DNA from: an uncultured Gammaproteobacteria bacterium
Lineage (GTDB): Bacteria > Patescibacteriota > Patescibacteriia > Magasanikbacterales > UBA922
NCBI GenBank assembly: GCA_964394405.1
Contig: CAYMVY010000001.1
Location: 38,546-102,545 of the forward strand
Reading direction: 5' to 3'
DNA: 64,000 nucleotides
The notes under the pieces are model-generated. The model made no database searches, had not been told where the DNA came from, and saw nothing but the letters and a program-made list of their open reading frames with translations. Below are positions 30,507-41,862 of the stretch, in pieces. Position 1 is the first letter of the stretch. Each line of letters opens with the position of its first letter. The position numbers were made by a program, and so were the translations under genes.

Positions 30507-30977
30507 ATGATGAAAATAACCATTATCTCAATTGGAAAACTCAAAGAATCATATTGGAAAGAAGCAGAAGCTGAATATCTGAAACGACTTTCTTCATTTG
30601 CAAAAGTTGACATAATTGAACATAAAGAAATCGGTTTTACGGAAAAAGATACTATTGAACCTATAAAAGAAAAAGAAGCTAAAATAATTCAGAGCTCTAT
30701 TCCAGATTCTTCATATATAATCGCCCTTGATCCAGAAGGAAAAGAGGCTACATCCGAAGCGTTATCAAAAAAAATAAGTGACCTAGAACACACCACTTCT
30801 CACCTTACCTTTATCATCGGTGGCCCACTCGGACTTCATGAATCAGTTTTCAAAAAAACCAACCTTAAACTATCACTTTCCCCGCTCACTTTCACCCATC
30901 AGATAACCCGAGTAATCCTCCTCGAGCAGATTTATCGGGCATATATGATAAAATCTGGAAAATCATATCACCACTAG
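30507..30977 (+). CDS. rlmH: 23S rRNA (pseudouridine1915-N3)-methyltransferase RlmH (SPOUT)
   Basis: MKITIISIGKLKESYWKEAEAEYLKRL ... FIIGGPLGL; about 155 aa. Confidence 0.8.
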   Translation: MMKITIISIGKLKESYWKEAEAEYLKRLSSFAKVDIIEHKEIGFTEKDTIEPIKEKEAKIIQSSIPDSSYIIALDPEGKEATSEALSKKISDLEHTTSHLTFIIGGPLGLHESVFKKTNLKLSLSPLTFTHQITRVILLEQIYRAYMIKSGKSYHH

Positions 30978-30980
30978 ACC

Positions 30981-31009
30981 TTGACAAGCACGCAGTTCTC
31001 GTGTAGACT
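30981..31009 (+). promoter_or_regulatory. Consensus-like sigma70 promoter (TTGACA-N17-TAGACT) of GC-rich island D
   Basis: The plus strand reads cTTGACAagcacgcagttctcgtgTAGACTg. Confidence 0.5.
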
Positions 31010-31071
31010 GTCTCGGTCTCTAAAAAGACGTATACGGAAGTATACGTTTTGCGTTCTAGGAGGAACGAGTC

Positions 31072-31275
31072 ATGCAACACAACCGTCACACGCAACGCCC
31101 CCACCAACCCAACACCCATCTACCCGCCCCGAGTCTGCAGGCACGCGTCCAAGCGTTCGCCTGGCGCACTGCAGCACGAATCGTGCTCCCGCTCTTCGTC
31201 ATGGGACTCCGGAAATCGGAACGCCCACCACAGCGAAACACGGTGACCGATCAGGGTCACGGGCGACGTCTGTAG
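31072..31275 (+). CDS. Small hypothetical protein of island D (67 aa) with a hydrophobic segment
   Basis: Strong SD ctAGGAGGAacgagtcATG. MQHNRHTQRPHQPNTHLPAPSLQARVQAFAWRTAARIVLPLFVMGL... Flanked by its own promoter and terminator. Confidence 0.5.
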   Translation: MQHNRHTQRPHQPNTHLPAPSLQARVQAFAWRTAARIVLPLFVMGLRKSERPPQRNTVTDQGHGRRL

Positions 31276-31326
31276 TCGCGAGTGCGATTCGACGTGGTGC
31301 GGGAGGACAGAGAGATAAAAATCAAA

Positions 31327-31398
31327 GACCACCCGCTACCACATGATATTCTAAACAATTGGAATATCGTGTGGGAGAATCCGGGTGGTTTTTGTTTT
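31327..31398. terminator. Nested-hairpin bidirectional terminator (island D ORF and queA)
   Basis: Outer stem accacccg/cgggtggt plus tttttgtttt; inner stem ccacatgatattc/gaatatcgtgtgg. Confidence 0.5.
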
Positions 31399-32488
31399 AA
31401 TAGACAAACATCGCATCACCAAAACTATAAAACCGATATTCTTTTTCTACTGCAGCTTTGTAACAATTCAACATAAATTCCCGATCTCCGACAAAAGCAG
31501 ACACAAGCATGAGGAGTGTGGATTTCGGAAGATGAAAATTAGTAATCACTGCATCGACAATGTGAAATTCAAATCCAGGAGTAATAAAAATATTAATATC
31601 GCCGGTATATGCGTGCATTTTTCCTTGATGAAGCAAGGCAACACCTTCAAGTGTTCGTGTAGTCGTAGTCCCAACAGCAATTACTCGCCTCCCTTCTTGT
31701 TTCGCACGATTGATAATTTCTGCAGTTTCTTCTGCCACCTCCACCCATTCGCTATGCATCGTGTGATCTTCCACCCGTTCAGATTTTACCGGCAAAAAAG
31801 TTCCAAGTCCTACATGCAGTGTAACTTCTACAAATTCAACTCCTTTTTGTTTTAATTTTTCAATCAGCTCTGGAGTAAAATGAAAACCAGCAGTCGGAGC
31901 TGCAACAGATCCTTCGGGCTTCGCATATACGGTCTGATAACTCTCAAGCTCATGCGGTTCATCTTTTACATACGGAGGAATAGGAATCGAGCCATACTGA
32001 TTTGCTTTTTTTCGCACCTCTTCTTCGCTATCAGTAAACTGTACCAATATAGTTCCATCTTTCTCTTTAAAAATTACTTCACAATAAAAATCTGGAGCAA
32101 ACCGCACAACCATGCCCGTCTGAATTCGTCGCCCTGGTTTCCCTAATACCTTCCATACTCCACTATTTTCCATTGGACGAACGAGAAATATCTCTACTTC
32201 TTTCTGATTCAATAATGCATGATCTGGAACTCCATCCTGATTCGCATCAGTATTTCCTGCTTCGAGCTTTCCCATCAGTCGCGCTTTAAACACTTTTGAA
32301 TTATTCCAAACCAACACATCACCAGATTTCAAATAATCAACAATATCATAAAAATGACGATCGTCAGTCGTCTTGCTTTTTCGATCAATTACCATCAGTC
32401 GCGAATGATCACGTGGTTCGACTGAATGTTGCGCAATGCGCTCGTCTGGAAGAATGTAATCGAAATCTTTGGTGTGCATAGTATTCAC
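31397..32488 (-). CDS. queA: S-adenosylmethionine:tRNA ribosyltransferase-isomerase
   Basis: 363 aa with QueA fold motifs (DFDYILPDERIAQ, VLVWNNSKVFKARL). Confidence 0.85.
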   Translation of the reverse strand: MNTMHTKDFDYILPDERIAQHSVEPRDHSRLMVIDRKSKTTDDRHFYDIVDYLKSGDVLVWNNSKVFKARLMGKLEAGNTDANQDGVPDHALLNQKEVEIFLVRPMENSGVWKVLGKPGRRIQTGMVVRFAPDFYCEVIFKEKDGTILVQFTDSEEEVRKKANQYGSIPIPPYVKDEPHELESYQTVYAKPEGSVAAPTAGFHFTPELIEKLKQKGVEFVEVTLHVGLGTFLPVKSERVEDHTMHSEWVEVAEETAEIINRAKQEGRRVIAVGTTTTRTLEGVALLHQGKMHAYTGDINIFITPGFEFHIVDAVITNFHLPKSTLLMLVSAFVGDREFMLNCYKAAVEKEYRFYSFGDAMFVY

Positions 32489-32513
32489 ACTCTACAATAC
32501 AAATAATACTTTT

Positions 32514-33854
32514 TCAATCCTTATTTTTAGTCACAAACGCATGTACCGCTGGGTCAGTCCATACATGCTCACGTTTGAGCGGACGACGCAGATGCAGACC
32601 CTCAAACGTAGTACAGCGGGATAATGCGACATATACCTGCCCAGATACAAAAGTGCCACTGCCAATATCAAGTAATACCCGATCAAATGTTTTCCCCTGC
32701 GCTTTGTGAATAGTCACTGCCCACGCAAGCTTCAATGGATATTGAATAAATGATCCAATGGTTTCTGATTCCACCTGTTTGGTCGAAGGATCGAAATAAA
32801 ATCGGTACATATCCCACGTGTACATACCAATCAATACATCATCACCTGAATCGAGAGTGACTTCAATCATTTCGTCTTCACCTTCGACTTTACTAAACCC
32901 TTTTACCACACCCATACTCCCATTATGCCATTTTCCCCACGGATCATTATGCAATACCATGACGCGCGCACCAATCTTTAATTTGAGCTCTGCATCAGTC
33001 GGAAATGCTCCTCGATCAAACTTATGCTCTACTCTACCCGTAAACACGCGTTCTTTCTCTTCAAGCGCCTGTAATTGCCCCTGATTGACCGCAGACGCAA
33101 GTGCATTAGTCGTTGTCACCCATACACCCTCGTACGTACTATGATCAAAATCTTCATCCACACAGCGCCGATTAAGTATCTGCAGTTGTGCCGTAGTAAG
33201 CGTCGTATCTCGTACCGCATTCAACAATGATATAAACTCTTCGTCTGTCTGACGATACATTTTTTCAAGCTCAATAATTTCCAATTCAAATGTTTCTTCT
33301 TCAAGCATTTTCTTCTGTTTATTTCCCCCGCACACATGCGCGGCAAAAAAATATGGTGAATCATATCGTTCAGAAAAAAACTGTTGTTCGCCTCGAGTCA
33401 CTACGGGTGGCAATTGATAGAGGTCACCAATGAGAATCATCTGCACCCCACCAAATGGTTTTCGTTTATCCCTACCCGCTTTCCGGAGGAATATATCAAT
33501 ACAGTCAAATAAGTCAGCTCGAACCATAGAAATCTCATCAATGACAATTGCGTCAAGTTCACGATAAATCTGTTTCTGCTCGTCATCTCCTCGGGGATTC
33601 TTCACCGTGTCAGGCGTAGTCTCTGGAGTAAACCCAAAAAAAGAATGAATAGTCTGCCCGCCCACATTCACCGCAGCAACCCCAGTCGGCGCCAAAACCA
33701 CGATCTTTTTCTTAGTATGATGTCTAAAATAGGTGAGGAGTGTTGACTTACCAGTTCCTGCACGACCAGTAATAAAAAGATTCGTATGGGTGTTCTCCAT
33801 ACGATCCAGGGCCTTCTTGAACTGTGTATTTTGCTCAATCATAGCATTACTCAC
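32514..33854 (-). CDS. Pif1/RecD-like SF1B DNA helicase
   Basis: Walker A ITGRAGTGKSTLL and the Pif1 signature TIHSFFGF; 446 aa. Confidence 0.8.
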   Translation of the reverse strand: MSNAMIEQNTQFKKALDRMENTHTNLFITGRAGTGKSTLLTYFRHHTKKKIVVLAPTGVAAVNVGGQTIHSFFGFTPETTPDTVKNPRGDDEQKQIYRELDAIVIDEISMVRADLFDCIDIFLRKAGRDKRKPFGGVQMILIGDLYQLPPVVTRGEQQFFSERYDSPYFFAAHVCGGNKQKKMLEEETFELEIIELEKMYRQTDEEFISLLNAVRDTTLTTAQLQILNRRCVDEDFDHSTYEGVWVTTTNALASAVNQGQLQALEEKERVFTGRVEHKFDRGAFPTDAELKLKIGARVMVLHNDPWGKWHNGSMGVVKGFSKVEGEDEMIEVTLDSGDDVLIGMYTWDMYRFYFDPSTKQVESETIGSFIQYPLKLAWAVTIHKAQGKTFDRVLLDIGSGTFVSGQVYVALSRCTTFEGLHLRRPLKREHVWTDPAVHAFVTKNKD

Positions 33855-33860
33855 TGTACC

Positions 33861-34433
33861 CTATAAATGATACTTTTTCAATTCTCGTTCACGCACTCGG
33901 TAATCCGGTAATATATGAGAAACTTCTCTCCAAAATTGTGCCGAATGATTATGGTGCCGCAAGTGACAGAGTTCATGTACCACTACATAATCCCGCAAAT
34001 CTTCAGATAAAAAAATAAGCTTATAATTAAAATTCAAATTTTCTTTGGTAGAACAACTCCCCCACCTACTCGACGTATTTTTGATAGAAATCCGTTTGAA
34101 GGTAAATCCATGCAACTGAGCAAAATGCTTTACCCGCTCAGTAATTATTTTTTTTGCTCGGGCTTTATTCGCATGATATGAAAACTTCGGACCAGAAAAT
34201 TGAGATTTGGTTACAGCTTCCAGTTTTTTCAACACTCCCTCAATCCATTCGTGCTTTGATCGTACAAATTTCTCAATAACTGTTTTTGGTACCAGCTTTG
34301 GTGCAGTGACTCGCACTTTGCCTTTGGAGTTTACAGACAACGTGATGCGACGCAACCGTGCGCGTCTGTGTAATGAATATTCCATAAAATTCAATTTGAA
34401 GGGGGACGACGTATCGCCCCCCCTCCCAGTCAT
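33861..34433 (-). CDS. DUF45/YgjP-family zinc metallohydrolase (HExxH)
   Basis: VVHELCHLRHHNH motif. The start may be at 34433 (ATGA overlap with the upstream small ORF) or at the internal MEYSL (34385). Confidence 0.7.
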   Translation of the reverse strand: MTGRGGDTSSPFKLNFMEYSLHRRARLRRITLSVNSKGKVRVTAPKLVPKTVIEKFVRSKHEWIEGVLKKLEAVTKSQFSGPKFSYHANKARAKKIITERVKHFAQLHGFTFKRISIKNTSSRWGSCSTKENLNFNYKLIFLSEDLRDYVVVHELCHLRHHNHSAQFWREVSHILPDYRVRERELKKYHL

Positions 34434-34603
34434 CGATGTCGAAGTCGCACCACCCTACCAAAGGCAACGAAGGTGACCACAGTATGAGGGGCACTACACT
34501 TTTTGGGGGCAGGATCCTGCGGTGACATCCTGTTGAGGAGCGCCTGAATCCTCTCAGGTGAGATGATCTGATGTCCGACCGAATCAACGCCAATATTTCC
34601 CAT
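34430..34603 (-). CDS. Small GC-rich ORF (57 aa), translationally coupled to the DUF45 gene
   Basis: Strong SD gtctAGGAGGtcgtataATG. MGNIGVDSVGHQIISPERIQALLNRMSPQDPAPKK... The stop TGA overlaps the downstream ATG as ATGA. About 57% GC. Confidence 0.4.
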   Translation of the reverse strand: MGNIGVDSVGHQIISPERIQALLNRMSPQDPAPKKCSAPHTVVTFVAFGRVVRLRHR

Positions 34604-34636
34604 TATACGACCTCCTAGACGAAGACTAAAAAAAGT

Positions 34637-35764
34637 CTAACAACTTTTCACTGCATCCGCAACTCGCTCAGCCACTCGCCTATCAAATACATCAGGAATT
34701 ATGTTCTCTTCAGTCGGATTTTCAACACACGAGGCAATTGCTCGCGCTGCAGCAAGTTTCATTTCAGTCGTGACAGTGCGAATTCTTGCATCCAAAAGCC
34801 CTCGAAAAATACCAGGGAAAGCCAAGACATTATTAATCTGATTTGGGAAATCACTTCTACCAGTTGCAACAATTCTCGCTCCACCAGCACGTGCCTCGTC
34901 AGGCATAATTTCAGGAATAGGATTTGCAAGTGCACAGACAATCGCATCAGTATTCATAGTCTGAACCATCTCAGTGCTCAAGACTCCTGCTTTGCTCACA
35001 CCAATAAAAACATCTGCACCTACAATTGATTCAGCGAGTTTTCCTTTCACCATTTCACGATTTGTAATCTTCGACATTTCAATTTTTTCATCATTCAAAT
35101 CTTCTCTGCCTTCATAAATAGTTCCTGTAGAATCAACGAGGATAATTGAAGTAGCACCAGCAGCAATAAGCAGTTTTGCAATCGCAATTCCTGCTGCTCC
35201 CGCACCATTAATGACAATCTTCGCAGTATTAATCATCTTGCCAGTAACTTTAAAAGCATTAATCAACCCCGCAAGTACTACAATCGCAGTTCCATGCTGA
35301 TCATCATGAAAAACTGGAATGTCCAACAGTTCACTCAATTTTCTCTCAACTTCAAAACATCGGGGCGCAGAAATATCTTCCAGATTAATTCCACCAAGTC
35401 CTGGAGAAATACGGAGTACTGTTTCGACAATCTCATCAACATCTTGTGTATTCAAGACAATGGGGAATGCATCAACTCCACCAAATTCTTTAAACAAAAT
35501 ACACTTCCCTTCCATGACAGGAAGTCCTGCTTCAGGACCGATATTACCGAGTCCTAGTACCGCACTACCATCAGATACCACCGCAACCAAATTTCCTTTT
35601 CGGGTATAGTCGTATACCTTAGAAATATCAGTAGCAATTTCTTTGCATGGCAAAGCAACTCCTGGAGTATACGCAAGACTTAATTCCTCATGATTAGTTA
35701 CTGGAACTCGGGATACTACTTCGATTTTGCCTTTATATTTTTTGTGAAACTCAAGTGCATCCAT
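34637..35764 (-). CDS. NAD(P)-dependent malic enzyme (short form)
   Basis: 375 aa with malic-enzyme motifs (AYTPGVALPCKEI, VVSDGSAVLGLGNIGPEAGLPVMEGK). Confidence 0.88.
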   Translation of the reverse strand: MDALEFHKKYKGKIEVVSRVPVTNHEELSLAYTPGVALPCKEIATDISKVYDYTRKGNLVAVVSDGSAVLGLGNIGPEAGLPVMEGKCILFKEFGGVDAFPIVLNTQDVDEIVETVLRISPGLGGINLEDISAPRCFEVERKLSELLDIPVFHDDQHGTAIVVLAGLINAFKVTGKMINTAKIVINGAGAAGIAIAKLLIAAGATSIILVDSTGTIYEGREDLNDEKIEMSKITNREMVKGKLAESIVGADVFIGVSKAGVLSTEMVQTMNTDAIVCALANPIPEIMPDEARAGGARIVATGRSDFPNQINNVLAFPGIFRGLLDARIRTVTTEMKLAAARAIASCVENPTEENIIPDVFDRRVAERVADAVKSC

Positions 35765-35766
35765 AC

Positions 35767-36804
35767 TTAGCGTAAATATTTATACACATTCGCGGTATGC
35801 TCATCCGCAGTCTTCGAGTAAATCACTTTACCAGTATCAAGAGTAGTCAGGAAAAACCAATAATTATTCGGCGTAGGATGAAGTACCGCATTGATTGAGG
35901 ACATACTTGGAATTGCAATAGGGCCAGCCGGAAGACCTGGATACTTATACGTATTCCACAGAGAGTCTGTGGCTCGATCCTCGGCACTAGTAAACACACT
36001 ATCAGGTGTTCCTACTACGTAATGAACACTCGAATCAGTCTGCAATGCCCAGCCAGCGTTAAGTCGTCGAAAAAATAAATCCGCAACCATCTTTCGATCT
36101 TCTTCGCTTCGCACTTCTTTTTCGATTACACTTGCAATCGTCAAAACCTCATGAACAGTCAATCCAGTTTTTTCAATATCTTGTCGCAATATATTAATTT
36201 GTTTCTCTCGCTCGGAAATAAATTTATCTACAATTTCAGACAAAGTGGCGTTCGCAAATACATTAAATGTTTCAGGTGCCAAATAACCTTCAAGACTTAC
36301 ATTCTCTGGTTTTCCTGTAAATAAAAACTTTGACGAATCAATGGTGTGTTCTGGTTTTTCAAATTTCGCAGGCTGTCCCAATAGTTCATATACTTCTTTA
36401 GCGGTTGAAATTCCTTCTTTCTCAAAATACGCTGCGACATCACGTAACGTTGAACCCGGAATAATAGTCACCACGCGTTCTGCGCCTGATTTTTCTTGTG
36501 TAAGTAATTCAGCAACACCTACAATAGTAAGCGGTTTATCGAATACAATAGTGCCATGAGTAATCGAACGATCCAAATCTTTCCATGCAATGTATTTTTG
36601 CAAAATCGAAGCACTCGAAACTATCTTCATCTCCTCTAGACGCTTGGCAATTGAAGTAACACTCTCACCTTGCTCAATAGCAAAGGACACTTCGGAAGTG
36701 AAATCAAATTTCGCAACATAAATTTTTCTATATAACACAAAACCAAAGATACCCAAAACAAGGACGATTACCAAAAATAATCGTTTAAATAATTGGAAAC
36801 TCAT
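35767..36804 (-). CDS. mltG: Endolytic murein transglycosylase MltG (YceG-like)
   Basis: N-terminal TM followed by a YceG domain; 345 aa. Confidence 0.75.
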   Translation of the reverse strand: MSFQLFKRLFLVIVLVLGIFGFVLYRKIYVAKFDFTSEVSFAIEQGESVTSIAKRLEEMKIVSSASILQKYIAWKDLDRSITHGTIVFDKPLTIVGVAELLTQEKSGAERVVTIIPGSTLRDVAAYFEKEGISTAKEVYELLGQPAKFEKPEHTIDSSKFLFTGKPENVSLEGYLAPETFNVFANATLSEIVDKFISEREKQINILRQDIEKTGLTVHEVLTIASVIEKEVRSEEDRKMVADLFFRRLNAGWALQTDSSVHYVVGTPDSVFTSAEDRATDSLWNTYKYPGLPAGPIAIPSMSSINAVLHPTPNNYWFFLTTLDTGKVIYSKTADEHTANVYKYLR

Positions 36805-37871
36805 AGGTATTGTTCTTTACCATCTTGTTCAAGTTGTGTAAGAAGTTTTTTGATATCCGGCACCTGATCTTTGTGACACACCAGGAGCGCGTCCTTGGTA
36901 TTCACGACAATCATACCCTCGAGCCCGATGACAGTAACGAGTTTATGGGATTCTTCATTGAAGATAAAAGAATCAGTCGAATCTACTTGATACGTATTAC
37001 CAACAGAAACATTGTGTTCGGGAGCGGTATGCAACGCTTCTTTCAAAGCATAGAGCGTACCTGGATCACTCCAATTCATATCAACCGGAAGCACGACTGC
37101 CTCAGATTTATCTATCTTTTCAATAATCGCACTGTCAAATGAGAGTGCAGGAACTGTTGCGTACTCGTGTTGAAGATCACGCTTGCCCGCTACCATCTCT
37201 GACAAAGACACATACAACTCGGGTTGATGTTTTTCATACAGTGAAAGTACAAAATCAATATCAACGACAAAATACCCAGGATTCCAATACCATTCACCAG
37301 ATTCAAACATTTCTATGCATTGTACAAGTTCAGGTCTATATTTCCACCCTTCAAAAGAAAAAACACCTTCTCCAATTTCAGTGCCCATTTTGATCCAACC
37401 CAAATTATGATTGGCAAACCTAGGTTTTTCTGCCAAAAAAATAAAACGATTTTTATGTTCTGCAATCAACTCTTCGGCACGAACGAGGGCAGTGCGAAAA
37501 TGGTCTGGATGATCCATAAAATGATCAGCCCAGAGTAATGCAACCGTACCCGAAATTCCTTTTTGTTTCAGGCGAAGCAAATTCAAAAGCACGGCCGCAG
37601 CCAAATCTCTTCGAGCCGGCTCGCTCATAATATGATCATGAGCAATCTGAGGGAGTTGTTCTTTTACCACATCCACATATCGGGCATTGGTCGAAATATA
37701 GATATTACCCAGCCCTAATGGCAAAACGCGCTCGACAGCCATCTGAAGCGTCGATTGATCATCTTTCAATTTTTCAAACTGTTTGGGCGACCGTGAGCGA
37801 CTAATAGGCCATAATCGGGTACCAGCTCCACCTGCAAAAATAAGAAAATTCATAGATACGTACCTTACCAC
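36801..37871 (-). CDS. Sugar-phosphate nucleotidyltransferase (mannose-1-phosphate guanylyltransferase-like)
   Basis: N-terminal FAGGAGTRLWPISRSRSPKQF nucleotide-binding loop. Confidence 0.8.
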   Translation of the reverse strand: MVRYVSMNFLIFAGGAGTRLWPISRSRSPKQFEKLKDDQSTLQMAVERVLPLGLGNIYISTNARYVDVVKEQLPQIAHDHIMSEPARRDLAAAVLLNLLRLKQKGISGTVALLWADHFMDHPDHFRTALVRAEELIAEHKNRFIFLAEKPRFANHNLGWIKMGTEIGEGVFSFEGWKYRPELVQCIEMFESGEWYWNPGYFVVDIDFVLSLYEKHQPELYVSLSEMVAGKRDLQHEYATVPALSFDSAIIEKIDKSEAVVLPVDMNWSDPGTLYALKEALHTAPEHNVSVGNTYQVDSTDSFIFNEESHKLVTVIGLEGMIVVNTKDALLVCHKDQVPDIKKLLTQLEQDGKEQYL

Positions 37872-38422
37872 AGCCGAATAAAAGGTTCAATAATATAAGA
37901 AATAACCCATGGAAATAGTAGGAGTACCCCATGCGCCAGAATAGCGCCCCCAATAATATCTCTCGGATAATGTACACCTACGTACACACGTGAAAAAGAA
38001 ACGAGACATGCAGCAAAATAAAAAACTATGATCAATGTAACAGGTGACTGTGGCACAAAAAGCATTGCGCCAGCAATACAAAAGGACCCAATTGCATGGT
38101 CTGATGGAAATGATTTCCACGTACCCATCGTGTGAATCAACTGTCTGCTTTCTGGAAATTCAACTTTAGGCCTTCGACGTTTTACAATAAGTGCAATACT
38201 ATAACTCAAAAGCTCGGAAAGTATAAATGATCCAAACATCCACTCGATATATCGGGCAAGCCATACCGAATCCCCACGAATAATTCCATATGCAAATGCA
38301 CTCCCAAGCAAAATAAATACCAAGAATTTGGCAGCAAAAATCATGAATACATCTCGACGTGTATTTTTCCCGAGTGATGAATTGATTTTCAAAAATAATT
38401 TATGACTCCAGGATAATTTCAT
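37865..38422 (-). CDS. PAP2-family phosphatase (undecaprenyl-diphosphatase/PgpB-like)
   Basis: PAP2 motifs KRRRP, PSDH and SRVYVGVHYPRD. Confidence 0.8.
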   Translation of the reverse strand: MKLSWSHKLFLKINSSLGKNTRRDVFMIFAAKFLVFILLGSAFAYGIIRGDSVWLARYIEWMFGSFILSELLSYSIALIVKRRRPKVEFPESRQLIHTMGTWKSFPSDHAIGSFCIAGAMLFVPQSPVTLIIVFYFAACLVSFSRVYVGVHYPRDIIGGAILAHGVLLLFPWVISYIIEPFIRLW

Positions 38423-38548
38423 AAGATAATCTCAAAACGTAAAACTCAAAATTCAAAACTATAACTTAAATTTTAAAACTTTAATGCAGTACTTAATTTT
38501 GAATTTTTAGTTATAGTTTTGCGTTTTGACATTTGAGTTTTGAGTTCA
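38423..38548. repeat. AT-rich MITE-like repeat element, copy 2
   Basis: ctcaaaacgtaaaactcaaaattcaaaactataactt...ttttgaatttttagttatagttttgcgttttgacatttgagttttgag. Same architecture as copy 1 at 22601-22727, to which it is highly similar. Confidence 0.6.
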
Positions 38549-39661
38549 CTAAATACTTCGCGATTTGATAAAACGTAGATACGCCTCTACAAACTCATCC
38601 AACTCTCCGTTCAAAACAGCTTCAGTATCAGGCGTCTCATGTCTCGTACGCACATCTTTGACCATCTTATATGGTTGGAGTACATACGATCTGATCTGAT
38701 TCCCCCATTCAGCGCTTTTATACTCTCCGCGAAGTTTCAATCGTTCCTCCTCTTCCTTTTCTTCTTGAAGCTTGAGCAATTTTGAGAGCAATACTTTCAT
38801 CGCAGTCTCTTTATTCTGCAATTGCGATCGCTCATTCTGACATTGTACCGTAATTCCGGTCGGAATGTGAACAATACGAACTGCAGAATAGGTGGTATTT
38901 ACACTCTGCCCGCCTTTTCCTCCAGACATGAATGTATCGATACGTAAATCCTTAGGGTCAATAGTCACCGCATCAGCACTTTCTACTTCAGGAATTACTT
39001 CAATCAGCGCAAACGACGTATGTCGCATTTGTTCTGCGTCAAACGGTGAAATACGGACCAATCGATGTGTCCCATGTTCAGATTTCAAATGTCCATATGC
39101 ATATCGTCCTTGAACACTAAACGTGACCGATTTGATTCCAGCCTCATTCCCACGCGATTCATCAATCATCGTCGTTGACCAACCTTTCTTCTCACAATAG
39201 CGCATGACCATGCGTAGAAGCATCTCTGCCCAGTCTTGTGCTTCAGTCCCCCCGCTACCCGCGTGAATAGAAACTATTGCCCCCAGCTTGTCGTGCTTCC
39301 CATTCATCAAAACCAAAAATTCCAATTTTTCAAATTTCTTTTCAAGCTCTTCTGTCTTTTTTGCCACATCCATTTCCAAAGTCTCATCTGGTGACTTAGT
39401 CAAATCTTGTGCAAATAAAAAAAGATCTTGAGTCTCTTTCTGAAGTGTTTCCCACGTCTCAATTTCAGACGAAAGACCTTCTCGCTGTTTTGATACCTGA
39501 CCCGCACGTTGTGGATCTGTCCAGAATGCTGGATCCTGCATACTTTGATCCAAATGAGCGACTTCAACTTTCAAGTCATCAATCCGAAGAAGTTTCCACG
39601 TGTCTGTGATTTTGGTATTCAATGTTTCAAGTCGTACGACTACATCTTTTATAACGCTCAT
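38549..39661 (-). CDS. prfB: Peptide chain release factor 2, no programmed frameshift
   Basis: GGQ motif (GGKGGQSVNTT) and RF2-specific SPF motif (RISPFDAEQ). The reading frame is continuous. Confidence 0.88.
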   Translation of the reverse strand: MSVIKDVVVRLETLNTKITDTWKLLRIDDLKVEVAHLDQSMQDPAFWTDPQRAGQVSKQREGLSSEIETWETLQKETQDLFLFAQDLTKSPDETLEMDVAKKTEELEKKFEKLEFLVLMNGKHDKLGAIVSIHAGSGGTEAQDWAEMLLRMVMRYCEKKGWSTTMIDESRGNEAGIKSVTFSVQGRYAYGHLKSEHGTHRLVRISPFDAEQMRHTSFALIEVIPEVESADAVTIDPKDLRIDTFMSGGKGGQSVNTTYSAVRIVHIPTGITVQCQNERSQLQNKETAMKVLLSKLLKLQEEKEEEERLKLRGEYKSAEWGNQIRSYVLQPYKMVKDVRTRHETPDTEAVLNGELDEFVEAYLRFIKSRSI

Positions 39662-39784
39662 AATAACCTCAGTGTAGCGAAAATAAAGGTAAAAATCAAG
39701 ATATATAACACAAAAACTCCCCGCTTTCACGGAGAGTTTTTTATCTTTTCTGTCTAAATCCTTTTTAATCCGTCTAAATCAATA

Positions 39785-41795
<2,011 letters not shown>

Positions 41796-41825
41796 ATAGG
41801 TAATAAGATTATGAATAATATAGCA

Positions 41826-41852
41826 TTATCACTCTAATTTATCGAGTGATAA
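41826..41852. promoter_or_regulatory. CIRCE-like HrcA operator variant (TTATCACTC-N9-GAGTGATAA)
   Basis: Perfect 9-bp inverted repeat with a 9-nt spacer, immediately downstream of the groES promoter. The CIRCE consensus is TTAGCACTC-N9-GAGTGCTAA. Confidence 0.65.
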
Positions 41853-41862
41853 TACACTAAAG

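Noticed and set aside
30981-31346. Longer ORF 30981..31346 (+) and 31120..31332 (-) in island D
   Set aside because: The 121-aa frame would start inside the -35 element. The minus-strand frame has no promoter or SD. The 31072 start has SD plus promoter plus terminator.
38549-39730. Programmed +1 frameshift site in prfB
   Set aside because: The reading frame is continuous from the MSVIK start; no CUU-UGA-C shift site is needed.
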